From a candidate division FCPU426 bacterium (GTDB lineage: Bacteria > Oederibacteriota > Muellerivitia > Muellerivitales > Muellerivitaceae), in assembly GCA_963771075.1 (NCBI GenBank), contig CAVYSE010000020.1, forward strand, positions 11,385 through 75,384: a stretch of 64,000 nt of DNA. The letters run 5' to 3'. Below, in pieces: positions 40,577 through 51,409 of the stretch. The position numbers and the translations under genes are program-made. Position 1 is the stretch's first letter, and each line of letters begins with the position of its first letter. The notes under the pieces were generated by a model. It saw only the letters and a program-made list of their open reading frames with translations. It had not been told where the DNA came from and made no database searches.

Positions 40577-41815
40577 TCAATACCGCCGCTGGGGTTTGGG
40601 ATCCGGCTTACGGTTCAAGAGATCCTCGATGTAGGACACGAGTTCCTGGGTTTCCATCGCGGCGACTTGATCCGGTGATTTCAAGGGCGGGGTTGGCTCT
40701 GCCGGCGCGGCTGGTTCCGCTGGGGGTGCCGGCTCCAGCGTTATTGGGGGCGGCGGGGTTTCGGCGATCGGGACGGGTTCCGGGTTCTCAACGGGCGCTA
40801 ATGGCTCCACCGGGGGAATCGGTTCCACTGCCTTCACCGAAGAGAGTGTTGATTCCGCCTCCGACATTTTTCCTAATTCTTCGAGGCTTGGCAGGGAAGG
40901 CATGAGTAAAAGGGGTTGCTGTGTTTCCGGAAGGGCCACCGCCGGGTCGGGGCCAGACCGCTGGAAATCCGCTATTTTCTCTTTGACCGGTGGTTCGGCC
41001 TGATTGACCGCCCCTTGGGGAACGGGCGGGTTGCCCGGGAAGATAGGCTCCTTGACCGGGATCTTTACCAGATTGGGAGATTCCGAGGAGATCGGCTCGA
41101 TGGGTGGTTTGGGAGCAAGGGAAATGGGCGCTTCCTGGGCGGTGGGCAGGTCTTTGGGTGCAGGTTTCGTCTTCATAGCCTCGGCGCTCATTGCCCGAAC
41201 AGCCTTGGGAGGGTGTTGGTCGACCGGCAATTGGACATGAAAGGGGGCCAAAAGGGAGTAAAAGTAATATAGAAAGCTCTGGTATTGCCGGGTGGCGAAT
41301 TGAACCAGGGCATCCTGAAGCGGTAGGTTGTCGCCCTTGCCCAGCCGGGTCAGCAGGTCCTTGACCGAACGGAAATAGGCCCCCGCGTCCTGGTACTTGA
41401 CGTCCTTCCAGAGAAATTGAAGTGATTCGGCGATGGCCATAATCTCCTGGCACATGCCCATCCGCTCGGTCCCGTCCTGGAAACGGATCCATCCCTGCTC
41501 GCGGAGGTTCTCCATGACGTAATCTTCCAAGATATCCAGGCGGTCCTCCGGGTCCACCATCCGGTCGAACGATTCCTCCTTCATCGTACGGATCAGGTTG
41601 CCCAAGCTGAGGCCCAATATCTGCTTGAGCAGAACCTGCTTGGGGATATTCCTCGTGTTCGCACGACTAAACTCGTCCAGGCTTTCCCGCATGCCCGAGA
41701 CACGGATGAGGTTCTTGGCGATCTTCAAGCTGGCGCCGTCAAAAAAGATATACATTTCGTTCCTGGTTCGGATGGGAGGATCGTGGGGTAAGGCCATCCC
41801 TGACTTCCCTGACAT
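40577..41815 (-). CDS. Hypothetical protein: ~200 aa N-terminal globular domain plus long Pro-rich (PxPxEP) C-terminal region
   Basis: Long ORF with plausible codon usage. The true start is uncertain among several internal Met codons. No recognisable catalytic motif. Confidence 0.5.
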   Translation of the reverse strand: MSGKSGMALPHDPPIRTRNEMYIFFDGASLKIAKNLIRVSGMRESLDEFSRANTRNIPKQVLLKQILGLSLGNLIRTMKEESFDRMVDPEDRLDILEDYVMENLREQGWIRFQDGTERMGMCQEIMAIAESLQFLWKDVKYQDAGAYFRSVKDLLTRLGKGDNLPLQDALVQFATRQYQSFLYYFYSLLAPFHVQLPVDQHPPKAVRAMSAEAMKTKPAPKDLPTAQEAPISLAPKPPIEPISSESPNLVKIPVKEPIFPGNPPVPQGAVNQAEPPVKEKIADFQRSGPDPAVALPETQQPLLLMPSLPSLEELGKMSEAESTLSSVKAVEPIPPVEPLAPVENPEPVPIAETPPPPITLEPAPPAEPAAPAEPTPPLKSPDQVAAMETQELVSYIEDLLNRKPDPKPQRRY

Positions 41816-41917
41816 TCTACCGCCTGGGACCGCGCGATAAAGTCATTCCATGGGGATTTCGCCCCCGGTCGCAATCTCTTTATACTCTTGGTATTAACTT
41901 TATGGAAATGAGTGCCG

Positions 41918-43858
41918 ATGCAAGAACCCTCCCAATCCCACCCCCCCGCTCGATCCCGGATCCTCTGGCGCCTGGTCCTATTCCTTTGCTTGATCCTGGT
42001 GGCCATTCTGGGCGCCCGCAAGATCTCGGCCCATGACATGGGGTTCCATCTCAAGGGAGGGGAATGGATCGCCCAACACCGGCAGGTGCCGCAGGTGGAT
42101 ACCTATACCTACAGCGCGCAAGGCAACCCCTATATCGATTCCCATTGGCTTTACCAACTCGCCCTTTATGGGCTTTACCAGGCCGGGGGTTATGACGCCC
42201 TGACCCTGGCCCATGTCGTCCTCTTGTTTTGCGGTTTTCTTTTACTGGCTCTTCGGTGCCGTAAACCCCGGGCCCCCGACTGGTTGAACCCCGCCCTCCT
42301 CACCCTGGCGGCCTTCATTATGGAAAGGAGGTTCGTGGAGAGGCCGGAGATCGTTTCCTGGCTTTTCCTGGGCGCCACCCTGTGGGTTTTAGAAACCTAT
42401 TCTTCAAAACGGAAACCGATCCTATGGCTTTTGCCGCTCCTTCAGCTGGTATGGGTCGATATCGAGGGGCTTTTCGTGCTGGGTTGGATCGCCATGGGAG
42501 CCTACTGGTTGGGTTCCTGGCGGGAGGAAAAAAAACCCGATCCCCGGCTGACTATCTTTTCAGGGTTGGCCATCGCGGCCGATTTCCTGAATCCCTATTT
42601 CATAAGGGGAGTCGCCTATCCTTTTTCCTTCATATCCAAGATGCAAGGCGACATCTACAACCAAACCGTCACGGAACTTCGGTCTCTTCCCGATTTTCTT
42701 TCTCCTTCGGTCCTTTCAGGCGATTCTAAAAGCTTCGCCTATTTCTACTGCCTCTACCTGGTAGCCTATCTCTTGGTCACGGCCTTGACCCTCAAAAGGC
42801 GCAAGTGGACCGAACTACTGGTCGCCGTTGCATTTGGTTATCTCTCCATCAAGGCTGTTCGAAACATTCCCCTGGGCCTGATCGCCACGCTTCCTTCCGC
42901 GACGGCGGGGTTGTCGGACCTGATCGAAAAGATTAAGGGCGGGTGGACCGGCCCAGCCATGGGGACCGATCGGGCCTGGGGGGCCGACCGGGCCTGGAGG
43001 GGCTGGCTACAATATGGCCTTCCCGTCCTTTTCGCCCTGGGGTTAACGGCCTGGGGAGCGAGGGTGGCCACCAGCGCCTATTACCTCGCGGACCTGAGGC
43101 CCGAACGTTTCGGCCTGGGATTGGACCCGGATATGCTGCCCATGGAGGCGGCCCAATATATGGCCCGGGAGCGGTTGGACGGGAAGATCCTGAACTCCCC
43201 CAATTTTGGGGGATGGCTGGAATGGGGGGGGAGTCCGCCCCTATACATGGACGGGCGGTGGGAGGTGATGGGGGATGACCTTTATCGGCGTTACCTGGAC
43301 ATGACCTTCACCCAGGGAAGGAGTTGGGGGGGATTAAGCGCCGAATTGATCCGAACGGGGGCGGACATCGTGATCTTCGAGCCCAGGGTCGAGGGGTCCT
43401 GGGCCGAACAACTCAGTTCCTTATCCGACTGGCGGCTGGTTTACCTGGACGGTTGCAGCGCCCTTTATTTAAAGAAGGGGTACCGGGACGATATTCCGGA
43501 TTTTTCCTGGGACGGGATGGTCACATCCCTCGGCCTGAGGCCCCTGGCCGAAGGGGACCTGGAGGAAAGCCTGGGTCGCATGGGCCATTCACGAGTTTCC
43601 TACTGGTTGGACGGGTTTATCCATCCCCGGGCTTTTCCCTGGGGGATCTTTAACCGCCGGATACTGCTGACCCATTATTCGCAGGGCCAGGCCGCTTTAA
43701 GCCTGGACCTGGAATTGGCACGCCAAAGCGGAGGGTTTTACGAACCCTTCCTCGGTTGGCTGGCCCAGGATTGCCTCAAACAAGGAAACCGGGAGGGGGC
43801 CCGCCGAGTCTACGCGCGAATCATGGAGTTAAGATCAGGGGATCAACCCGGCCGGTAG
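41918..43858 (+). CDS. Polytopic inner-membrane protein, possibly a GT-C-fold glycosyltransferase-like enzyme (low confidence)
   Basis: At least 10 predicted transmembrane helices in the first 330 aa, then a ~300 aa soluble domain. Start ATG 41918, with an alternative GTG at 41912. Confidence 0.55.
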   Translation: MQEPSQSHPPARSRILWRLVLFLCLILVAILGARKISAHDMGFHLKGGEWIAQHRQVPQVDTYTYSAQGNPYIDSHWLYQLALYGLYQAGGYDALTLAHVVLLFCGFLLLALRCRKPRAPDWLNPALLTLAAFIMERRFVERPEIVSWLFLGATLWVLETYSSKRKPILWLLPLLQLVWVDIEGLFVLGWIAMGAYWLGSWREEKKPDPRLTIFSGLAIAADFLNPYFIRGVAYPFSFISKMQGDIYNQTVTELRSLPDFLSPSVLSGDSKSFAYFYCLYLVAYLLVTALTLKRRKWTELLVAVAFGYLSIKAVRNIPLGLIATLPSATAGLSDLIEKIKGGWTGPAMGTDRAWGADRAWRGWLQYGLPVLFALGLTAWGARVATSAYYLADLRPERFGLGLDPDMLPMEAAQYMARERLDGKILNSPNFGGWLEWGGSPPLYMDGRWEVMGDDLYRRYLDMTFTQGRSWGGLSAELIRTGADIVIFEPRVEGSWAEQLSSLSDWRLVYLDGCSALYLKKGYRDDIPDFSWDGMVTSLGLRPLAEGDLEESLGRMGHSRVSYWLDGFIHPRAFPWGIFNRRILLTHYSQGQAALSLDLELARQSGGFYEPFLGWLAQDCLKQGNREGARRVYARIMELRSGDQPGR

Positions 43859-43946
43859 GGTGAATAGCCGGTAAAAGAAAGGGTACCGTAGGAAAACTAA
43901 AAACCCGCTAGAATGTGGCTTCCAATCCATCCCCTGGAGTGAACCC

Positions 43947-44300
43947 ATGCCCGAATTTAAAAAAGCCTATGTCACCCTCATGGTGAACGACCTGGACAAG
44001 TCGGTTGACTTTTATAACGGAACCCTCGGCATGTACGAGGACCTGCGGTTCGGCGACAGCTGGTCCGAAATGACCACGAAGGGCCTCACCCTCGGGTTGC
44101 ATCCCAAGCGGCCGGGGACCCATCCCTCCCCCCATGAAAATCACATTTCCATCGGGTTCGAGGTGGCGGACCTGAAAAAAGCCGCCAGGGAACTGGAAGA
44201 GAAGGGAGTGGCCCTCCATTACCAGGAAAACGACGTGAATTTTTTGGCCTTTTTCAAGGACCCGGATGGAACCCCGCTTTATCTTGTGCAGGTCCGATAG
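43947..44300 (+). CDS. VOC-family (glyoxalase/bleomycin-resistance fold) protein
   Basis: ~117 aa paired beta-alpha-beta-beta-beta module with metal-ligand-like His/Glu positions (HISIGFEV...E). Confidence 0.7.
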   Translation: MPEFKKAYVTLMVNDLDKSVDFYNGTLGMYEDLRFGDSWSEMTTKGLTLGLHPKRPGTHPSPHENHISIGFEVADLKKAARELEEKGVALHYQENDVNFLAFFKDPDGTPLYLVQVR

Positions 44301-44306
44301 GCGGCT

Positions 44307-46364
44307 TTGGTCTTGAAACCCATTGGAACTGTCCCACGGGCATTGACCTTGGCGCGATTTAACACCTGGTGGAAAGAGCTTTCGGAGGAGGAAGCGGAAG
44401 AACGCCGGTTATTGGAGCCGGACCGGGTTTTCCTCATTTCGGCCCTCATGTCGCTGGATATCGCCATCAATGCCTTTTACCTGGTGTGGCGGGTTCGGAA
44501 CCAACAGAGCGACCCCTATTACAATCTGCTGCCGGGCGGATTAACCCTTCTTCTATTGGGCTTGCTCCGGTGGAAGCCGGACCACTACCGGTGGATTGCC
44601 CGTTTCTGCCTCCTCCAAGTTTTCCTGTTTATCATTGCCGGGCCCGATATCTGGAACCCCGGCTATCTGGCCCCCACGATGGTGTTCCTGCCCCTTCTCC
44701 CTTTCTTATCCCTGATGCTGGACGGCCCCCGCGCGGGCCTGGTGATGATGGCCCTGGAAAGCCTATTTTTCTTGTTTTACCTCCACCAGGTGCCAGGCCT
44801 TGCGCCCCGAGACGGACAGATGCGGTTCAACCTCTTGTTGAACATCCTGGGATATTTTTGGGTGGGCTGGGCCGCCTGGCGCCAGTTCCAGCGGCTGAAT
44901 GGAATCCAAAAGGAAAATGCCTCGGTCCTGAGGGAACTCAATGACGAATGCGAGCGCAGCTTGAAAAATGTTTTCGAGAAACTGGAGACCCATGTGAGGC
45001 AGATGGGCCTTCTCCTGAATGGGGAGGGGCCGGTGGACCCAACCCTCCTGACCGACCCTGTCGCGTCCATCCATGGGCTTTTGAGGGGATTCGGGCAAAA
45101 CCCCGGTCCCGGTGAGGAAAAGGAATCCATCCCGGGCGGCCTTGAGCAGTTGGGGGAAGCGCGCCTGAGGGTCGCTAAAATTCTGGCGGCCGCGATTTTG
45201 ATCCTTCAGAGCTTTTCGGTTTTTAGGATCCTGTATTCCCATCCGCCCTTGAGGTTCTATCCGTTCCTGGCGCCGTACCTATTATTGGTTTTCGTGGCCT
45301 TCGTTTTGTTAAGGCAAACCCGCTGGGAAAAACGGTTGGCTTGGCTGCTGGTGATGACCGTCATCGCCATTTTTTTCACGGGATGTCTTTACTGGGGATA
45401 CGGTGAACCGGCGCCGGGCCTCGTCTCCCTGCCCGCCATCCTCATGTTCTCGTCCTTGCTGGAATTAGAGGGCTTTTGGCTCCGGGGAACGGCGATGACG
45501 TTTTGCCTGGCGGGTCTCGGTTTTTATAGCCTTACCCCCGCTCCCTTGCCATCCCCCCAACTCAAGTTGTTGGTCTCGCTGATGTTGATGTTGCTGGTGG
45601 CCTTGGCCTCGGGCTGGGTCTTTTGGCGCCTACGCCGCAGGCTTCTCATGCTTTTGGAGGATCAAAATGAAAGATATCGGGTTTCGCTGAGGGTCCGGCG
45701 GCGGCTCCTGGGCACCCTCCGGCACGATATTATCAACCCCCTTTCGGCCATCAACCTGTTTTTGTCCGTCAACCCACGAACTCCCGATTGGGCGCAGATC
45801 CGCGCGCTCACGGCCCGAATGGCGAATATCCTTCGCAACAGCCGGGACCTGCTCGAGACCGGTCCCCAATCGACCGCCGCCCACCTGGGACGGCTGGATT
45901 GGAATTTGCTGGTGGTACGGGTTCGGGAGGTGTTTGGGGGTTGGCTGGGGCAAAAGGGACTGACCCTGGAGGTCCAAGGGGATACGTCAACGAATTTCGC
46001 CTGCCATCCGGAAGTTTTGTGCGACTCGGTGCTGGCCAATCTGGTCTCCAACGCCATCAAATTCTCACCGCGGGGAGCCAAGATCGAATTGACCTGCGGG
46101 GTGGCGGGAACCCAGGTGTGGATCCGGGTGGCGGACCGCGGGCCGGGCATACCCGGAGCCTTGTTGGACGAATTCCGCAAAGGACACCGCCTGCCCTCGG
46201 GCAAGGGAAGCGAGGGGGAAAAGGGCACCGGGTTGGGCCTGCTCTTGGCCCACGATTACGCCCGCTTCATGGGGGGAGAGTTGGAATTGGGACCCCGGGA
46301 GGGCGGGGGCACCGAGGCTACCTTGCGATTAAGGAAATACAATCCGTTACCCGCCGAAAATTAG
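44307..46364 (+). CDS. Sensor histidine kinase with two polytopic membrane modules (the start may be TTG at 44349)
   Basis: H-box LGTLRHDIINPLSAI. HATPase_c motifs (N-box LVSNAIKFS, G-boxes DRGPGI, GTGLGL). An N-terminal 230 aa membrane module is homologous to ORF 46520..47218. Confidence 0.85.
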   Translation: MVLKPIGTVPRALTLARFNTWWKELSEEEAEERRLLEPDRVFLISALMSLDIAINAFYLVWRVRNQQSDPYYNLLPGGLTLLLLGLLRWKPDHYRWIARFCLLQVFLFIIAGPDIWNPGYLAPTMVFLPLLPFLSLMLDGPRAGLVMMALESLFFLFYLHQVPGLAPRDGQMRFNLLLNILGYFWVGWAAWRQFQRLNGIQKENASVLRELNDECERSLKNVFEKLETHVRQMGLLLNGEGPVDPTLLTDPVASIHGLLRGFGQNPGPGEEKESIPGGLEQLGEARLRVAKILAAAILILQSFSVFRILYSHPPLRFYPFLAPYLLLVFVAFVLLRQTRWEKRLAWLLVMTVIAIFFTGCLYWGYGEPAPGLVSLPAILMFSSLLELEGFWLRGTAMTFCLAGLGFYSLTPAPLPSPQLKLLVSLMLMLLVALASGWVFWRLRRRLLMLLEDQNERYRVSLRVRRRLLGTLRHDIINPLSAINLFLSVNPRTPDWAQIRALTARMANILRNSRDLLETGPQSTAAHLGRLDWNLLVVRVREVFGGWLGQKGLTLEVQGDTSTNFACHPEVLCDSVLANLVSNAIKFSPRGAKIELTCGVAGTQVWIRVADRGPGIPGALLDEFRKGHRLPSGKGSEGEKGTGLGLLLAHDYARFMGGELELGPREGGGTEATLRLRKYNPLPAEN

Positions 46365-46519
46365 ACCTTGCCTTTATCCTGCCGAATAGAACCCTTTTTC
46401 CGGGTAGTTGCATTCTTCAATTGGGATGCCTGTTAAATGGGGTAAGATAATGAACGCCGCAAATAACGGCGTGTCACGGCGATTCCGCCCCATGCCGGGA
46501 ATGCCAGGGGAGCAGGGTT

Positions 46520-48525
46520 TTGAACCTATTTACGGCTTGGTGGAAAAATCTGGGGGAGGGCGAAGAGCTCAACCTCGAAATCCTGGAAGGGGAGCGTTTT
46601 AATTTCGTCTCCGCCTTTTTGATCTCGGATGTTTTGATCAACGGCATTTACGTCTTCTGGCGGGTTTATAACCGCCTTCCTTACGCCTGGTTCCCCCTTG
46701 TGGCGGGCCTGGCCACCCTGGCCCTCTGGGCTTGGCTCCAATGGAAACCCTACCACCGGACCTGGGTGATCCGGCTTTCACTCGTTGAGATATTGCTGTT
46801 CATCGTGACCGAACCCGGTTTTTGGGACCCCGGTTATTTCCCGCCCACCATGGTTTTTTTGCCGTTGCTGCCCTTTCTCGCCCTCCTTCTGGATGGCCCC
46901 CGAACGGGCCTTTGGATCATGCTCTTAGAATGCGTCGTTTTTTTCCTGTACGTTGATACCGTCCCCACCCTCGACATTCGTGAAAGCCAAATGCGCCTGA
47001 ATTTTTTCCTGATGCTCGTTGGTTTTTTTTGGCTGGGCTGGCTGGCCTGGCGCCAGTTCAACCGGCTGACCGCCCTCCAGAGGGAGAACGCCGGGATTTT
47101 AAAAACCCTTAACGAGGAAAGCGGCCGGAACCTGAAAAATGTCTTTGAGGTCCTGGAGGAGCGGGTGGAGGGGTTGGACCTGCTGCTGGGGGGGAGAGCA
47201 TCCCGCCCCTTTCCCTGATCGCGGGAAGAATCCGGGACATGACGGAGGTGTTAACCGGGTTTAAACGGCAATCCCCAGGCATTTACGAAAATCGGCCCAT
47301 TCCCGCCCGGACGGATCTACTGGAGACAACCCGCCTCATCATCGTGAGGGTCTTCACCGATCTTTTGTTGGTCATGTTGGTGATCGCCATTATTCACAAT
47401 TTGATGGCCTATCACCGGCCGTGGCGTACCCTCATTTGTTTTTTCATACCCCTGGGTCTCTTCTTTCTTTTCCGGTGCTTCCTGGTCCGGCGCGTTCATT
47501 GGAACGATTCCCTCTCCTGGATTTTCCTGATTCTCTTTTACGCCAATTTCATTTCGGGTTATTTTTATTGGGGTTGGCTCGTCCCGGCGCCCGCGGTCAT
47601 TTGCCTTCCCGCGGTGATCCTCACGGCCACCCTCTTGGAGGTGTCGGGGGGGTGGTTGAGCGCCGTCGGGGTGGGCCTCTGCTGGCTGGTCTACCTGGTT
47701 TATTACTTCTCGCCCGCTCCCCGGACTCTGCTCGAGACCAAGCTCCTTTTAACCCTGATGTTGTTGACGCCGGTCGTCCTGGCCGCAGGCTGGGCCTTTT
47801 GGCGCCTGAGGGGAAAACTGACCCGGGAACTGGAGACCCAAAACGAGAATTACCGGCGGTCGCTGAATGTCCGGAGGCGCCTTCTGGGCACCCTGCTTCA
47901 CGACCTCGCCAACCCCCTCACCGCCTTGCAACTCCATTTGACCCTTCAATCGACCTCGGCGGATGTGAGCCAGGTCCGCGACCTCAACCGGCGCATGCTG
48001 AACATCCTCAAGAACAGCCGCGACCTGTTGGACTCGGAAGACCAGGCCTCGCCCAACCGGCTGGGCCACATGGGTTGGGGCACCTTGGTGGAGAGGATCC
48101 GGCAGGTTTTTGGGGGGCGGCTGGAACAAAAGGGGATGACACTGAGGCTCCAGGGCGACCCTGACTTGAGGTTCATCTGCCTCCCCGATGTGCTTTGCGA
48201 TTCGGTAATGGCCAACCTGGTCTCCAACGCCTTGAAGTTTTCCAACCGGGGCGGAACCATCGAGATCACCTGCGCGGCCGCCGGAGCCCAGGTCCGAATT
48301 CGGGTGGCCGACCGGGGGCCGGGAATACCCGAGGGGCAATTGGATGATTTCCGCAAGGGCCGCCATTTGAAATCGGGCACCGGCAGCGAGGGTGAGCAGG
48401 GTACGGGCTTAGGGCTGCTCCTGGCCCGCGATTACACGCGATTCATGGGAGGGGAACTGGATTTAGGCGTCCGGGAAGGCGGTGGCACGGAGGCGAACCT
48501 GCGCTTAAGGAAATACGACCCCTAG
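46520..48525 (+). CDS. Paralogous sensor histidine kinase. Frameshifted, joining ORFs 46520..47218 and 47239..48525.
   Basis: Same architecture as 44307..46364. Frame 2 changes to frame 1 inside a G7 run at 47187-47193. Adding one G gives ...LDLLLGGESIPPLSL..., with ESIP aligning to the ESIP of the first kinase. H-box LGTLLHDLANPLTAL and an intact HATPase follow. Confidence 0.8.
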
Positions 48526-48771
48526 ATCATCGAGTTAAGGTACGGCGCTTTTGGCTTAAGACTCCTGATAAACCGAGGGGGCTGTTCGATCGTAGGCCGA
48601 TCCCATTGTTCGGTGGTTTGGCTTTGGATGCGATTTTTCCGCTTCCGCATTTACCGCACCGCGAATCCCTGGCCAGCGAGGCATCCCACCCGGCCATCCG
48701 GCTCCCTGAAGGAGAGGCTATAAGGGATTTCGCCAAGCTTGAACGGCCGTTCATCCGTTATCGGTTTGCCG

Positions 48772-50073
48772 CTAATGATCCTTCGGCACCGACAGGGCTA
48801 AGAGGCCCGCGAACAGCAGGGTCAAGGCCAAGGCCAACATGCCGTATTCGAAACGCTGGGTCGCCTCCTTGATATAACCGATGATATTGGGCCCCACGAA
48901 GCCGCCCAGGTTTCCCACCGAGTTGATCAGGGCCAAGCCTCCCGCGGCGGAACGCCCGCTCAAGAAGCCCGCCGGCAAACTCCAGAAGGGTCCCAGGGTG
49001 CTCCAGATGCCGGTGGCGGCCGCGCAAAGCGCGAAGAAAGCCAGAAGGGGATGGCCCGCTTGGAAGGCCGCTCCCAACCCCAGGGCCGCTGACGCCCCAA
49101 AAGCGCATAGGGCCAGATGCCATCTTCTTTCACCGGTTGCGTCCGAGCTACGGGCGACCCACACCATCCCGATGGAGGCGCAAAGGTAGGGCAGGGCGGA
49201 TATCAGGGCCACCGTTGCGTTGCCAAGCCCGGAAAAGTTCTTCACGATCTGGGGAAGCCAGAAAGCCACTCCGTAAAAACCGATGACGATGGAAAAATAA
49301 AGCCCGCAAAGCCTCCAGACCCTGGGATGAGTCAGGGTTTCCCACAGCGAATAGGGATGCCTGGTCTCAATCTCTTTTTTCTCTTTCTCCATCATTTCCT
49401 GAAGCAGGGTCCTTTCCTCCGCCGTAAGCCACGGGGCCTTTTCCGGGTTGTCGGCCAGGTAAAAGTAGGTCGTGAAACCCAGCAACAAGGAGGGGACGCC
49501 TTCCAAAAGAAAGAGCCATTGCCAACCCATCAGGGACCCGATTCCCCGCATTTGGAGAAGCGCCGCCGAAAGGGGCCCGCCGACGACTCCGGCTAAGGAT
49601 GTGGAAGTCAAAAAAAGGGCGAAGGTTCTTGCCCTTTCCCGGGCGGGAATCCAATAGGTGAGGTACAGCAGGATGCCGGGAAAGAAGCCCGCTTCGGCGA
49701 TCCCCAAAAGCAGGCGAAGGGCGTAGAAACTGGCGGGAGTTTTGACGAACATCATGCAGGAGGAAACCAGGCCCCAGGTGACCATGATGCGGGTGATCCA
49801 GACCCGGGCACCCAGCCTTTGCATCATCAGGTTGCTGGGGATCTCAAAGAGGACATAACCGATGAAAAAGATGCCGGCCCCCAGGCTGTAGGCGGTATCG
49901 CTGAATTGAAGGTCGGATTTCATTTCCAGGGCCGCGAAGCTGATGTTGAACCGGTCCAGGTAATTGAGGATGTAGCAAAGAAAAAGATAGGGGATCAGGC
50001 GCCAGGAAACCTTGGCGACGACGTGTTTTTCCAGGTCCATGGCCGCTCCCCGTGAAAATGGATGCGCCGACAT
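48772..50073 (-). CDS. MFS transporter (anion:cation symporter-like family)
   Basis: 12 transmembrane segments. MFS signature region ..LNYLDRFNISFAA..GAGIFFIGYVLFEIPSNLMMQRLGAR.. Probable start at MSAHPF (50073) or MDLEKH (50040), not the track start. Confidence 0.8.
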   Translation of the reverse strand: MSAHPFSRGAAMDLEKHVVAKVSWRLIPYLFLCYILNYLDRFNISFAALEMKSDLQFSDTAYSLGAGIFFIGYVLFEIPSNLMMQRLGARVWITRIMVTWGLVSSCMMFVKTPASFYALRLLLGIAEAGFFPGILLYLTYWIPARERARTFALFLTSTSLAGVVGGPLSAALLQMRGIGSLMGWQWLFLLEGVPSLLLGFTTYFYLADNPEKAPWLTAEERTLLQEMMEKEKKEIETRHPYSLWETLTHPRVWRLCGLYFSIVIGFYGVAFWLPQIVKNFSGLGNATVALISALPYLCASIGMVWVARSSDATGERRWHLALCAFGASAALGLGAAFQAGHPLLAFFALCAAATGIWSTLGPFWSLPAGFLSGRSAAGGLALINSVGNLGGFVGPNIIGYIKEATQRFEYGMLALALTLLFAGLLALSVPKDH

Positions 50074-50170
50074 TGTAGCCTCGGGTTGATCGGGTTGGTA
50101 TCCTAGCCTGGAAATCGGAAAGGGTTCCACGCAATTGGAGAATGAATTCCCATCGGGCGTTCGGAAGAAT

Positions 50171-51313
50171 ATGGCGGGCCTTTTGATCCTGACCCTTTTG
50201 GCGGGTTTGGGCGAAAGGCTGGGCGAGCGCTTTTTTCCCATTTATCTTTTGGCCCTGGGCGGCGGCGTTTACGCGGTCGGCCTGCTGGGGTTCTTCCAAA
50301 ACCTGCTTTCGGCCTTCGCTTCCTATCCGGCGGGCTGGATGGCGGACAAGTGGGGCGGTAGGAAAACACTCCTTTTTTTCACCCTCCTCGCCTCGGCGGG
50401 TTATACCTTGGCCGCCTTCGCCAACCAATGGTTCCTGGCGGTACTGGGTTCTGTCCTTTTTCTTTCCTGGTCCGCCGTTTCCACCCCCGCTGTCCTGGGC
50501 GTAGTCTCAAAGGTACTTCCTTCGAAGAAAAGGACCCTGGGCGTCGCCCTGCATTCCCTGGTACGCCGGGTGCCCATGGCTCTTGGTCCCGTCATCGCGG
50601 GTTTGTTGATGGCGGCTTATGGCGAAAAAACGGGGCTTCGCCTGTCTTTTTTAATGGCGCTGGTTTGCTGCGGGGCAGGCGGGCTTTTCCTATGGCTTTT
50701 ATTGAAGTCGGATGACCCCCAAGAGGAAAAGGCGGTGGGTAACCCCAAAAGTCTTTTCAAGATGATGGACCCCCGCCTGAAGAACCTTCTTTTATCCGAT
50801 ATCCTGATCCGTTTTTGCGAGCAGATTCCCTATCCCTTCGTGGTGATCTGGTGCCTGAAAACAATCGCCCATCCCCTTTCGGCCCCTCAATTCGGGGCCT
50901 TGACGGCCATCGAGATGGCCACAGCCTTCCTGATCTACCTGCCCATTGCCCGATTGGCCGACCAGGCGGGGAAGAGGCCTTTTGTCCTGGTAACCTTCGT
51001 GTTTTTTTCGGCTTTCCCCCTCTTCCTTTACTACAGCCAGTCCTTGGGATGGCTGGTGGCGGCTTTCGTGTTGAGGGGCTTCAAGGAATTCGGGGAACCG
51101 GCGCGCAAAGCTTTGATCTTGGACCTCTCCCCCTCGGACCAGAAATCGGGAATGTTCGGGTTTTATTACTTGATGAGGGATTCGGTGGTCTCCCTGGCCT
51201 CCCTGGGCGGGGCCTTCTTGTGGAACATCGGCCCTCAATACAACCTCTTCGTCGCCTTTGGGTTCGGGCTTTTAGGTACCCTTTGGTTCGTAATGAAGGG
51301 ACGGGATGTTTGA
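50171..51313 (+). CDS. MFS transporter, divergently transcribed from the previous gene
   Basis: ATG at 50171 (MAGLLILTLLAGL...). 12 hydrophobic segments. MFS loop 2-3 motif (ADKWGGRKTLLF). Confidence 0.75.
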   Translation: MAGLLILTLLAGLGERLGERFFPIYLLALGGGVYAVGLLGFFQNLLSAFASYPAGWMADKWGGRKTLLFFTLLASAGYTLAAFANQWFLAVLGSVLFLSWSAVSTPAVLGVVSKVLPSKKRTLGVALHSLVRRVPMALGPVIAGLLMAAYGEKTGLRLSFLMALVCCGAGGLFLWLLLKSDDPQEEKAVGNPKSLFKMMDPRLKNLLLSDILIRFCEQIPYPFVVIWCLKTIAHPLSAPQFGALTAIEMATAFLIYLPIARLADQAGKRPFVLVTFVFFSAFPLFLYYSQSLGWLVAAFVLRGFKEFGEPARKALILDLSPSDQKSGMFGFYYLMRDSVVSLASLGGAFLWNIGPQYNLFVAFGFGLLGTLWFVMKGRDV

Positions 51314-51409
51314 GAGGATTGATTGGGGCGCTGAAAGGGGACCAGGAGCTATGGGATGAAGACCCTGGACGATTTGTTCACAACCCATTTTGGAAAAGAG
51401 TGAGGCTAA

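Noticed and set aside
46520-48525. Calling 46520..47218 and 47239..48525 as two genes (a stand-alone membrane protein plus a kinase)
   Set aside because: The junction sits in a G7 run. Adding one G yields a continuous protein collinear with the upstream kinase, including the ESIP landmark.
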